Source: Planctomycetota bacterium (lineage in GTDB: Bacteria; Planctomycetota; Phycisphaerae; Phycisphaerales; UBA5793). From it: 64,000 nucleotides of DNA. Location of the stretch: assembly GCA_963205185.1 (NCBI GenBank), contig CAUJHZ010000044.1, positions 23,640-87,639 on the forward strand, given 5' to 3'. Below are positions 46,297 to 54,778 of the stretch, in pieces; position 1 is the stretch's first letter; the number at the start of each line of letters is the position of its first letter. The notes beneath the pieces are model-generated. The model was not told the origin of the DNA, did no database searches, and was given only the letters and a program-made list of their open reading frames with translations. The position numbers were made by a program, and so were the translations under genes.

Positions 46297-47624
46297 AGAT
46301 CGGACTCATCGCGATGAGCGGTGTGCGGGCGTGCGATGAGGAGCTGCTGCGCCTGGGGCTGACGCTGCCGGGGTTTGTCGAGCGGAGCAAGACGATCGCT
46401 TCGCTGCCGAGTCTCGGTCTGCTCACGCTGGCCGCCCTGACGCCGCGCGAGCACGAAGTCATATACCGCGAAGTTGACGACGTGGCGATGCTCGGCCCTG
46501 ATCTTGACGTCTTCGATCTCGTGGCAATCTCAACATTCACGGCACAGATCGACGAGGCGTATGCCCTCGCCGATCGATATCGCCGCACGGGGACACCCGT
46601 GGTCATGGGCGGATTGCACGTGAGCACGCTACCGGAAGAAGCCGCTGCGCACTGCGATGCGGTGATCGTCGGAGAAGGAGAGGTCTGCTGGGCGCCGGTC
46701 GTGGAGGATGCGGCCAGCGGGCGGCTGCAACCGATCTACCGCAGTCAGCCGCGCGAGTTCGACCTGGCCGAAGCGCCGATGCCTGCGTTCGAATTGCTTG
46801 ATCTGGAGAAGTACAACCGTCTCACGGTGCAGACCTCGCGCGGCTGCCCGCTGCGCTGTTCCTTCTGCGCCAGTTCAATCCTGCTCACGCCGAAATACAA
46901 GCAGAAGCCTCTCGAGAAAGTGCTGGCGGAGATTGATCGCATCTGTGAACTCTGGCCGCGACCGTTCATCGAGTTCGCCGATGACAACAGTTTCATCAAC
47001 CGCGCCTACTGGAAGCGGCTGCTGCCGGAACTGGCAAAGCGCGGGGTGAAGTGGTTTACCGAAACGGACATCCGCATCGGCGAGGATGATGAGCTGCTCG
47101 ATCTCATGCGCCGGGCCGGCTGCGCCGAGGTGCTCATCGGCCTGGAGAGCCCGGTCGAAGACGGGCTCACGGGGCTGGAGTTGCGCACCAATTGGAAACA
47201 CAAACGGTGGCCACGTTACGAGCAAGCCGTGCGGAACATTCAGTCGCACGGCATCCGCGTCAACGGCTGCTTTATCGTCGGGCTTGACGGGCACACGCCC
47301 GAGATCTTTGACTCGATTCACCGGTTTGCGCAGCGACTGAGTCTGTTCGATGTGCAGATCACCCTGCCCACGCCCTTTCCGGGCACGGCCCTTTACGAAA
47401 AACTGCGCCGGGAAGGACGCCTCACCGAGGAGAGGCCGTGGCGCAAGTGCACGCTTTTTGATCTCACCTTCGATCCTCATCCGATGAGTGCTGCTGAACT
47501 CAGAGCCGGATTCCATGACCTGGCGACGCGGCTTTACAGTGATGAATTCACACACGAGCGCCGAGCCGGGTTCCGCCGGCAGTACCGTCAGGCGAGGCGA
47601 CTCCGGCCAAGGAGAGCATCATGA
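46293..47624 (+). CDS. B12-binding domain-containing radical SAM protein
   Basis: N-terminal B12-binding-like region (..DLVAISTFTAQIDEAY..GTPVVMGGLHVS) and the radical SAM cluster motif GCPLRCSFC (CxxxCxxC). ATG 46293 is preceded by AGGAG. Confidence 0.9.
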   Translation: MKIGLIAMSGVRACDEELLRLGLTLPGFVERSKTIASLPSLGLLTLAALTPREHEVIYREVDDVAMLGPDLDVFDLVAISTFTAQIDEAYALADRYRRTGTPVVMGGLHVSTLPEEAAAHCDAVIVGEGEVCWAPVVEDAASGRLQPIYRSQPREFDLAEAPMPAFELLDLEKYNRLTVQTSRGCPLRCSFCASSILLTPKYKQKPLEKVLAEIDRICELWPRPFIEFADDNSFINRAYWKRLLPELAKRGVKWFTETDIRIGEDDELLDLMRRAGCAEVLIGLESPVEDGLTGLELRTNWKHKRWPRYEQAVRNIQSHGIRVNGCFIVGLDGHTPEIFDSIHRFAQRLSLFDVQITLPTPFPGTALYEKLRREGRLTEERPWRKCTLFDLTFDPHPMSAAELRAGFHDLATRLYSDEFTHERRAGFRRQYRQARRLRPRRAS

Positions 47625-48022
47625 AGAACATCATGGTTGCGCGCGGTCTGCTGGCGCTGATGGCGCTGTACGACGGCCTGCTGGGCATTGCCTTCCTGTT
47701 CGCCGGGCCGAAGTTGTTTGAAGCGCTGGAGGTGCCGCCGCCGAACCACTGGGGTTACGTCCAGTTCAGCGCGGCTCTGCTGCTCGTCTTCGCGCTGATG
47801 TTCCTGGCGGCGGCGCGGCGTCCGGTCGCGAATCGCAACCTGCTGCCGTACTGCTTCCTGCTCAAGATCGCCTACAGCGGCGTGGTGTTCTACCACTGGT
47901 TCGTGGGTGACGGCCTGCCGGGGATCTGGAAACCGTTTGCCGTGGCGGATCTGGTGATGGCGGCGTTGATGGCGTGGATGTTTGTTACGATTCGCGCTTT
48001 GCCTCTGCGCCGGCCGGAATAA
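47621..48022 (+). CDS. Small multi-pass membrane protein (133 aa)
   Basis: ATGA overlap with the radical SAM stop. Four hydrophobic helices. I recognise no motif. Confidence 0.65.
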   Translation: MKNIMVARGLLALMALYDGLLGIAFLFAGPKLFEALEVPPPNHWGYVQFSAALLLVFALMFLAAARRPVANRNLLPYCFLLKIAYSGVVFYHWFVGDGLPGIWKPFAVADLVMAALMAWMFVTIRALPLRRPE

Positions 48023-48026
48023 GCCA

Positions 48027-49127
48027 TCAGGTGATCGACAAAGTCGGCTGGGCGACCACGTTGCGCATCGTGGCCATGGAGACCTGCGCGGCGAGGTTCT
48101 GGACGATGCGGTTGAGCGAATCGGCCAGCGGGCCGACCTGTTCGAAGTTGGCGGTCGGGTTGCCGGTGTCGCCATTGGCGCGGAGTTCGGTGGTGATGGG
48201 GATGCCGCCGAGGAAGGGCAGGTTCATTTCCTGCGCCATAACTTCCGCGCCGCCCCGGCCGAAGATGTCGTACTCGGTACCGTGCTCGCAGATGAAGTAA
48301 CTCATGTTCTCGACCACGCCGAGGATGTGCACGCCGAGCTGCTGGAACATGCGCACGGCGCGGCGGGCGTCGTCCTGGGCGACGCGCTGGGGCGTGCAGA
48401 CGATGACCGCGCCGGTGAGCGCGAGCATTTGTGCCAGGGTGAGGGGCACATCGCCGGTGCCGGGCGGCAGGTCGATGATGAGGTAGTCGAGTTCGCCCCA
48501 CTCGGTCTGGGTGGCGAGCTGACGGAAGGCGCCGTGGGCCATGGGGCCGCGCCAGATGAGCGGCTTTTCAGGTTCGACGAGCACGCCGATGGTCATGGCG
48601 GCGATGCCGTGCGCCTGGAACGGCTGGATCATGTTGCCGCGGGCTTTGACTTCGGTCGCGCGCAAGCCGAGCATGGTGGGCATGGACGGGCCGTAGATGT
48701 CGCCATCGAGCAGGCCCACGCGAGCGCCGAAACGCGCCAGGCCGACGGCGAGGTTGACGGCGACGGTGGACTTGCCCACGCCGCCCTTGCCCGCGCCGAC
48801 GGCGATGATGTTGCGCACGTTGGGCAGCGGGTTTTCCTTGCCGGCGAGGCGCTCCTGCGGGCTGCGCACGTCCGCGGTGAAGTCGATGTCGATGCGGCTG
48901 ATGCGCTCGGCCTTGCTTGCCGCCTTGGCATGCACGGCCTTTTCGATGTCGGCGCGAATCTTGTCCTTGAGCGGGCAGGCGGGCGTGGTCAGTTCGACGG
49001 TGATGTCCACCGCGCCGCCGTCCACGGCCACGTGCTTGACCATGTTCAGAGTGACCAGGTCCTTGTGCAGGTCCGGGTCGTTGACGGTCCGCAGGGCGGC
49101 GATGACATCGTCTTTGGTCAGCGGCAT
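48027..49127 (-). CDS. apbC: Fe-S cluster carrier ATPase, Mrp/ApbC/NBP35 family
   Basis: An N-terminal DUF59-like region (..NDPDLHKDLVTLNMV..TTPACPLKD) and a deviant Walker A motif GKGGVGKST, then ..DGDIYGPS.. and ..DLPPGTGD. Confidence 0.93.
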   Translation of the reverse strand: MPLTKDDVIAALRTVNDPDLHKDLVTLNMVKHVAVDGGAVDITVELTTPACPLKDKIRADIEKAVHAKAASKAERISRIDIDFTADVRSPQERLAGKENPLPNVRNIIAVGAGKGGVGKSTVAVNLAVGLARFGARVGLLDGDIYGPSMPTMLGLRATEVKARGNMIQPFQAHGIAAMTIGVLVEPEKPLIWRGPMAHGAFRQLATQTEWGELDYLIIDLPPGTGDVPLTLAQMLALTGAVIVCTPQRVAQDDARRAVRMFQQLGVHILGVVENMSYFICEHGTEYDIFGRGGAEVMAQEMNLPFLGGIPITTELRANGDTGNPTANFEQVGPLADSLNRIVQNLAAQVSMATMRNVVAQPTLSIT

Positions 49128-49283
49128 GAAACAGTGCTCCAGTAGCGCTTGGGCCGAGGGTTGGATGGTAGGGGATGGCTGCGGGCAATGCCGTCTCCGG
49201 CGGCAAAACCGGGGAGGAATCGGAGTTCGACCCGCGGCCAGCGGCCGCGCGTGAAGCCCGATGAAGTGCGGCTACCCTTCCCC

Positions 49284-50711
49284 ATGACCCAGCAACTTCA
49301 GATCAACTACGCCAACTGTTTCGCGGATCGCATCGGCGCCGTGCACGGCATCGCGCCTGCAGAACTCAAGGCGGCGTCGTCGCGCATGGCGGATCTGACC
49401 GACCGCCTTGCCTCGATGGATGAGCACGGCGAGACGCGCTGGCGCGGCCTGTGCCACGATCCGATGCGCAAGGAGCATCTCGCCGCGGTGAACCAGGTCG
49501 TCGCGCAGACGAACGCTCACTTCGAAGCCAATTCGAAGGGCAAGCGGTGCAAACACCTCATCGTCCTGGGCATCGGCGGCTCGGCGCTGGGCAACATCGC
49601 CCTGCAGAATGCACTGAAAGAGCACGTACACAACCTCACGCCGTGCTCGCATCGCGTCGGGCCGAGGCTGTACGTGCTCGACAACGTCGATCCGCACTTT
49701 GTGGGCGATCTGATGCGGCATCTCGAAATCAAGGATCCCGGTCTGGCGCACACGGCGGTGAACGTGATTTCCAAATCCGGCGAGACGGCCGAGACAGCGG
49801 CTCAGTTCATGATCTTCCGCGACTGGCTCAAGTCGCATCTCGGCGAGGCGTATCGCCGGCACATCGTGGCGATCACGGATCCGAGCCGGGGCACGATGCG
49901 CTCGATCGTCGATGACGAGGGCTACGCAACCCTGCCGGTGCCCGACGGGGTCGGCGGGCGATTCAGCGTGCTCTCGCCGGTCGGTCTTTTCAGCGCGGCG
50001 ATGTGCGGCATCGACATCGAATCGCTTCTCTCGGGCGCTGCAGCCATGGACCTGCGCTGCCGGCTGCGCGAGATCGACAGCAACCCGGCGGCGGCGCTGG
50101 CGTGGCTGCTCGTGGAGTTTGCGCGGCGCGGCAAGGGCAACCACGTGCTCATGCCGTACTGCAACGCGCTCTACAGCCTCGCCGACTGGTATCGGCAGTT
50201 GTGGGCCGAAAGCCTCGGTAAGCGCGTCGATCTGCAGGGCAAGGAAGTCTTCGCGGGCGCTACGCCCATCAAGGCGCTGGGCACGACCGACCAGCATTCG
50301 CAGGTGCAGCTGTATCGCGAAGGGCCCAACGACAAGGTCATCGGTTTCGCGGAGGTGCAGCAATGGGAGCGGGACGTGACGATCCCGCGCAGTCTCAACG
50401 TCGATGCAATCGCGTATCTGCAGGGGCACACGCTGGGTGAACTGATCGCGGCGGAGAAGCGAGCGACGGAGTACGCGCTGGTGGAGAGCGAGCGGCCGAA
50501 CTTTACGATCACCCTGCCGCGCCTCAGCGCGCACCACGTGGGTGAGTTCATCCAGTTGTGGGAGGTCATCACGGCCTATGCCGGATTGCTTCTGAACATC
50601 AACGCCTACGACCAGCCGGCGGTGGAGACGGGAAAGGTGGCGACGTTCGGCCTGATGGGGAGGCAGGGCTACGAGCAGTGGAAGCAAAAAGTCGAATCGA
50701 AACTGCGCTGA
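49284..50711 (+). CDS. pgi: Glucose-6-phosphate isomerase
   Basis: ..LIVLGIGGSALG.., ..VISKSGETAETAAQF.., ..GGRFSVLSPVGL.. and ..DQHSQVQLYREGP... I chose ATG 49284 (MTQQLQINY) inside ORF 49149..50711. Confidence 0.92.
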   Translation: MTQQLQINYANCFADRIGAVHGIAPAELKAASSRMADLTDRLASMDEHGETRWRGLCHDPMRKEHLAAVNQVVAQTNAHFEANSKGKRCKHLIVLGIGGSALGNIALQNALKEHVHNLTPCSHRVGPRLYVLDNVDPHFVGDLMRHLEIKDPGLAHTAVNVISKSGETAETAAQFMIFRDWLKSHLGEAYRRHIVAITDPSRGTMRSIVDDEGYATLPVPDGVGGRFSVLSPVGLFSAAMCGIDIESLLSGAAAMDLRCRLREIDSNPAAALAWLLVEFARRGKGNHVLMPYCNALYSLADWYRQLWAESLGKRVDLQGKEVFAGATPIKALGTTDQHSQVQLYREGPNDKVIGFAEVQQWERDVTIPRSLNVDAIAYLQGHTLGELIAAEKRATEYALVESERPNFTITLPRLSAHHVGEFIQLWEVITAYAGLLLNINAYDQPAVETGKVATFGLMGRQGYEQWKQKVESKLR

Positions 50712-50764
50712 GCAGCCGATACGACCGTTCAGGTTGTTGTGGAACCCAGTGAAAGGACGCAACT

Positions 50765-51319
50765 ATGGCTGGCGCAATGATTCGGATGCTGGTGCTGATT
50801 GCCGTGGCGGCGGGCATGTGGTCGGCTTCCGCCTGTTCGACCGCTCCCAAGACGGTTGAAGGGCGCACCAATATCCGTGCGGAGGCGGATCTGACCCTGT
50901 CACGCGCGCGGCGCAATGATCCGTCGCTTGGAGAACTGCTCGATCAAAGCGCCGGCTACGCGGTGTTCCCGACGGTCGGCAAGGGCGCCATCGGCGTCGG
51001 CGGGGCCTACGGGCAGGGAGTTCTCTACGAGGACGGCATTCAGGTCGGGTATTGCGATCTCAGCCAGGGTTCGATCGGCTTCCAGCTCGGAGGTCAGTCG
51101 TACTCCGAAGTGATCGTCTTCGAGACCAGCGAGGCGATTGAGACGTTCAAGCGAGGCAACTTCCGCTTCGACGCGCAGGCGACTGCAGTCGGTGTGACGT
51201 CAGGCGCAGGGGCGAACGCAAAGTTCGCGCACGGCGTGGCGGTGTTCACCTTCGGCGAGTCGGGGCTCATGTACGAAGCGTCGATCGGCGGACAGAACTT
51301 CAGCTACGAGCCGCTGTAA
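50765..51319 (+). CDS. Lipoprotein with a SYLF (Ysc84-like lipid-binding) domain
   Basis: A signal peptide with Cys (..AAGMWSASAC), then ..AVFPTVGKGAIGVGGAYGQGVLY..GFQLGGQSYSEVIVFET..FKRGNFRFDAQATAV.. Confidence 0.75.
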   Translation: MAGAMIRMLVLIAVAAGMWSASACSTAPKTVEGRTNIRAEADLTLSRARRNDPSLGELLDQSAGYAVFPTVGKGAIGVGGAYGQGVLYEDGIQVGYCDLSQGSIGFQLGGQSYSEVIVFETSEAIETFKRGNFRFDAQATAVGVTSGAGANAKFAHGVAVFTFGESGLMYEASIGGQNFSYEPL

Positions 51320-51412
51320 CGGTTCTTCGATCCACTTGCGTCGGCGACTCCTGATCGTGAGGCGGCAAGCGTTGCGTCGCGAGTTCACCGGAGTCGCCAG
51401 AGCGGGAGTCGC

Positions 51413-51808
51413 ATGGCCCTCAACGCACTTCTGGTTTTTCTGGCGTCGGGAATCGGCGGGGTGCTGCGTTATGCGTTGTCCGGCGTCATGCACTCGTGGT
51501 GGGGGCCGACGTTTCCCATCGGCACTCTGACGGTGAATGTGATTGGCTGCTTTTTTATGGGATTCCTCGCCACGGCGCTGACGGGCCCGGTGATCATGCG
51601 CGAAGAGTACCGCATCGCCATCCTCGTCGGGCTCCTTGGCGGGTTTACGACGTTCTCGAGCTTCGGCCGCGAGACGATGACTCTGGTCGGCGACGGTGAG
51701 TGGGCGCTGGCGGCGATGAATGTGATCCTGAGCAATGGCCTGGGCCTCGCCGCAGTCTGGGCCGGAGCGGCGCTGTCGATCCGGCTTTATGGAGCGGGGG
51801 CATCATGA
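51413..51808 (+). CDS. crcB: Fluoride ion channel CrcB/FluC
   Basis: ..GGVLRY..FPIGTLTVNVIGCFFMGFL..LLGGFTTFSSF... GGGAG precedes the ATG. Confidence 0.9.
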   Translation: MALNALLVFLASGIGGVLRYALSGVMHSWWGPTFPIGTLTVNVIGCFFMGFLATALTGPVIMREEYRIAILVGLLGGFTTFSSFGRETMTLVGDGEWALAAMNVILSNGLGLAAVWAGAALSIRLYGAGAS

Positions 51809-52182
51809 GCGAGTCACTCAAACACGGGGTATTCGCAACGCCCGAACCGGCTCAACGTCTGACCATCTACATCGGCGAGAGCGACCGGTGGCGCGGCACG
51901 CCGCTATATGAAGCCATCGTCCTCAAGGCGCGCGAGTTGCACCTGGCCGGCGCCACGGTGCTGCGCGGGCCGATGGGCTTTGGCGCGCACAGTCGCATCC
52001 ATACGGCCAAGATCCTGCGCCTCTCCGAAGACCTGCCGATCGTCATCGAGATCGTGGACACCGCCGCGAAAATCGCGGAGCTGCGACCGCACTTGGACCA
52101 AATGGTCGGCGGAGGGCTGGTGACGCTCGAGGATGTGAATGTGTTGATCTACAGCCCGCCGACGGTGAGCGGCACGGGCTGA
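51805..52182 (+). CDS. DUF190 (PII-like) protein commonly paired with crcB
   Basis: ..[43 protein letters not shown]... ATGA overlap with the crcB stop. Confidence 0.8.
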   Translation: MSESLKHGVFATPEPAQRLTIYIGESDRWRGTPLYEAIVLKARELHLAGATVLRGPMGFGAHSRIHTAKILRLSEDLPIVIEIVDTAAKIAELRPHLDQMVGGGLVTLEDVNVLIYSPPTVSGTG

Positions 52183-52721
52183 CGGCGGGGCTGGTAGTTG
52201 GGTTCGATGGCCAGGCGCAGCGGCATGCGCTTGCCGTCCGGCCCGTGCGGCGGGATGCCGTCGCGATCGATGATGCGCTGGATCGCCATAACGCCTTCGA
52301 TGAGCATCTCGGGCCGCGGCGGGCAGCCGGGCACGTAGACATCGACGGGGATGAACTGGTCGATGCCCTGCACTACGGCATAGGTGTCGAACACGCCGCC
52401 CGTCGAAGCGCACGCGCCCATCGAGATGACCCACTTGGGCTCGGTGATCTGCATGTAGATGCGCTGGAGCACCGGGAGCATCTTGATGGCGACGCGGCCG
52501 GCGACGATGAGCAGGTCCGACTGGCGCGGGCTGAAGCGCATGACTTCAGCGCCGAAGCGGGCCAGGTCGTAGCGGCTGGATGCGGTCGCCATGAGTTCGA
52601 TGCCGCAGCACGCGGTGGCGAAGGGCATGGGCCACACGCTGGAGCGCCGGCCCCAGTTGATCACGTCGCGCAACCGCGTCGTGAGGAAACTGTCCTGAGG
52701 CAGTGCGGCTTCGATTCCCAT
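52149..52721 (-). CDS. nuoB: NADH-quinone oxidoreductase subunit B
   Basis: ..[49 protein letters not shown].., the Fe-S N2-binding Cys pattern. Confidence 0.93.
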   Translation of the reverse strand: MGIEAALPQDSFLTTRLRDVINWGRRSSVWPMPFATACCGIELMATASSRYDLARFGAEVMRFSPRQSDLLIVAGRVAIKMLPVLQRIYMQITEPKWVISMGACASTGGVFDTYAVVQGIDQFIPVDVYVPGCPPRPEMLIEGVMAIQRIIDRDGIPPHGPDGKRMPLRLAIEPNYQPRRQPVPLTVGGL

Positions 52722-52758
52722 GGCATCTACTCCGTGCGCGCCGGCCGATTGGTGGAAC

Positions 52759-52953
52759 TCAGTGATCGCCCCAGACCTTCTTGCTCAGCGGGTCGCTGCC
52801 CGCCTGCTGCTCGGCGTCCGGGTAGGCGCTGCTGGCGCCGATGCCCTCGCGGCGGACCACGTGCGTCTCGCAGCTGACGGCCGCCATGGCAACGGCAAGG
52901 ACGAGTCCGCCGATCGCCAGCCGACGCCAAGATGGTCCAGTTGACTTGTTCAT
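52759..52953 (-). CDS. Putative small lipoprotein (64 aa)
   Basis: The ATG follows GGAGAG. It has a hydrophobic signal ending ..AMAAVSC. It lies 37 nt upstream of nuoB on the same strand. There is no homology evidence. Confidence 0.4.
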   Translation of the reverse strand: MNKSTGPSWRRLAIGGLVLAVAMAAVSCETHVVRREGIGASSAYPDAEQQAGSDPLSKKVWGDH

Positions 52954-53062
52954 TCGCGACTCTCCGAAGCGGTTGTCTCACCCAGCCGACGGCCGTGCAC
53001 AATCCTAGCGCGGCGGCCGGAGCCGATCGCAAGGCGCGCCGCCGCTCGCGGCCAACGGAGAA

Positions 53063-53136
53063 TGGGCGCTACTGGACTCGAACCAGTGACCCCTGCTGTG
53101 TAAAAGCAGTGCTCTAGCCAACTGAGCTAAGCGCCC
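53063..53136 (-). tRNA. tRNA-Val (anticodon TAC)
   Basis: Manual cloverleaf fold: acceptor GGGCGCT/AGCGCCC, D stem GCTC/GAGC, anticodon stem CTGCT/AGCAG with loop TTTACAC, T arm ACTGG-TTCGAGT-CCAGT. No CCA is encoded. Confidence 0.9.
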
Positions 53137-53326
53137 GTCGCGACCAGCATGGTAGTCTGGAGTATTTTGGCTCACCAGCCGGAGATCGGAATGATTCGCG
53201 CTGTTTCCCGGTTTACCCGTTGACAACAGTGGCCCTTAGAGGTTACGCTGTGCGCGGTGCGGCGCGTCAGGTTCGCCACGCGGGCGGATCGTCTGCCGCA
53301 TCGTCTTTCCTGGAGGATTGTGCGTG

Positions 53327-54778
53327 ATGAACTGCATGAACGTTGTGGCGCGCCGGCGGCTCGCCGGATTTGCCTGCCTGGCGGTGGTGGGTGCTTCGAC
53401 CGCCACATTTGCCCAGTATAACGCCCACAAGGTGCGCCTGATGAGCCAACTCACGCCACAGCAGATGGGCGGCTCGGGCGGCAACGACTGCTGGGGCTAC
53501 ACGAGCCCGTCGGGACGCGAGTACGGCATCATCGGCAACTACACCAGCACGGCCTTCGTCGAGGTTACCGACCCCGTCAATCCCGTCATCGTGCACATCG
53601 AGCCGCACAGCCAGAGCACGACCGAGGACATGAAGGTCTACGGCCACTACGCCTACTGCATCGGCGACTACTTCAACCTCCAGGTGTTCGATCTGAGCCA
53701 GATCGACAGCGGCGTGGTCACCAAGGTCAACGAGCGGCCCTACCGGAGCCACAATTTCGCGCTCAACGAAGAGAGCGGCTTTGCGTACATGACGGCGTCG
53801 AGCCAGGGCAGCGGCATCGTGGCGCTCGACTTGAGCGACCCGACGACGCCGACCGTTGCGGGCTCGACGAACCCCACCGGCGGGCACGTGCACGACGCGC
53901 AGGTCGTCACCTACCACGATGGCCCCTATGCGGGTAAGGAGATCGCCTTCTGCCCGAGCGGGTACTGGCGCTTTGACATCATCGACGTAACGGACAAGTC
54001 GAACATGGTGCTGCTCGGCTCGGATGTGTATCCCGGCTTGAACTACTGCCACCAGGGATGGCTCAGCGCCGACCGCCGGTACTTCTATCTCAACGATGAA
54101 CTCGATGAACTCAACGGCTACACGCCCACGACGCGCACGCTGGTCTACGACGTGTCGGATCTGAGCAACCCGACGCTCGTTTCGGAGTTCACCTCCGGCA
54201 TGACGGCGACGGATCACAACCTGTTCGTCAAGGACGGGTTCATCTACGAAGCAAACTACTCCAGCGGCTTCCAACTCTTCGACGCCCGCAATGATCCGGA
54301 GAATCCGGTGCGCGTCGGCTGGTTCGACACCTATCCCGAGAATGATGCGCCCGGCTACGCCCACGGCGCGTGGACGGCGTGGCCGTTCTTCGAATCGGGC
54401 ACGGTGATCGTCAACGACCGCGATCGCGGACTGTTCGTCGTCGATGTTTCCGAGGCGATCGGCGCGAGAATGGACCTGGCGAGCACGACGCTCACTGCCG
54501 GTCAGAGCGCGACGCTCTCGGTCCAGCGGGCCACCCCGGGCCAGCGCGTGCATTTCATCTACAGCCTGGTGGGCGGCGATGCGTGGACGCGCGTCAACGC
54601 GCTGAACGTGTATCTCAACCTGGCCAGTCCCGTGCTCATCGGCAGCGCCACGGCCGATGGCAACGGCGAGGCATCGCTCATGCGCAACGTCCCGCAGGGG
54701 ACGTCGGGGCTCACGCTGTGGCTCCAGGCGGCCGAGAATGGAAACACTTCCAATGTGCTGGAGGAGACGATTCAGTAA
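53327..54778 (+). CDS. Secreted LVIVD-repeat / choice-of-anchor-B-like beta-propeller protein with a Cys-free variant of the conserved C-terminal domain
   Basis: A signal peptide (..LAGFACLAVVGASTATFAQ), then ..GGNDCWGYTSPSGREYGIIG..AFVEVTDPVNP.. The C-terminus is ..ATPGQRVHFIYSLVGG..LNLASPVLIGSATADGNGEASLMRNVP..LWLQAAENGNTSNVLEETIQ. The start may be ATG 53327, GTG 53324 or TTG 53318. Confidence 0.78.
   Translation: MNCMNVVARRRLAGFACLAVVGASTATFAQYNAHKVRLMSQLTPQQMGGSGGNDCWGYTSPSGREYGIIGNYTSTAFVEVTDPVNPVIVHIEPHSQSTTEDMKVYGHYAYCIGDYFNLQVFDLSQIDSGVVTKVNERPYRSHNFALNEESGFAYMTASSQGSGIVALDLSDPTTPTVAGSTNPTGGHVHDAQVVTYHDGPYAGKEIAFCPSGYWRFDIIDVTDKSNMVLLGSDVYPGLNYCHQGWLSADRRYFYLNDELDELNGYTPTTRTLVYDVSDLSNPTLVSEFTSGMTATDHNLFVKDGFIYEANYSSGFQLFDARNDPENPVRVGWFDTYPENDAPGYAHGAWTAWPFFESGTVIVNDRDRGLFVVDVSEAIGARMDLASTTLTAGQSATLSVQRATPGQRVHFIYSLVGGDAWTRVNALNVYLNLASPVLIGSATADGNGEASLMRNVPQGTSGLTLWLQAAENGNTSNVLEETIQ

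Noticed and set aside
51320-51412. A fluoride riboswitch upstream of crcB
   Set aside because: The conserved GGCGATG...CCGCC...CTGATG..CCTAC core is not recognisable in the 93-nt leader.
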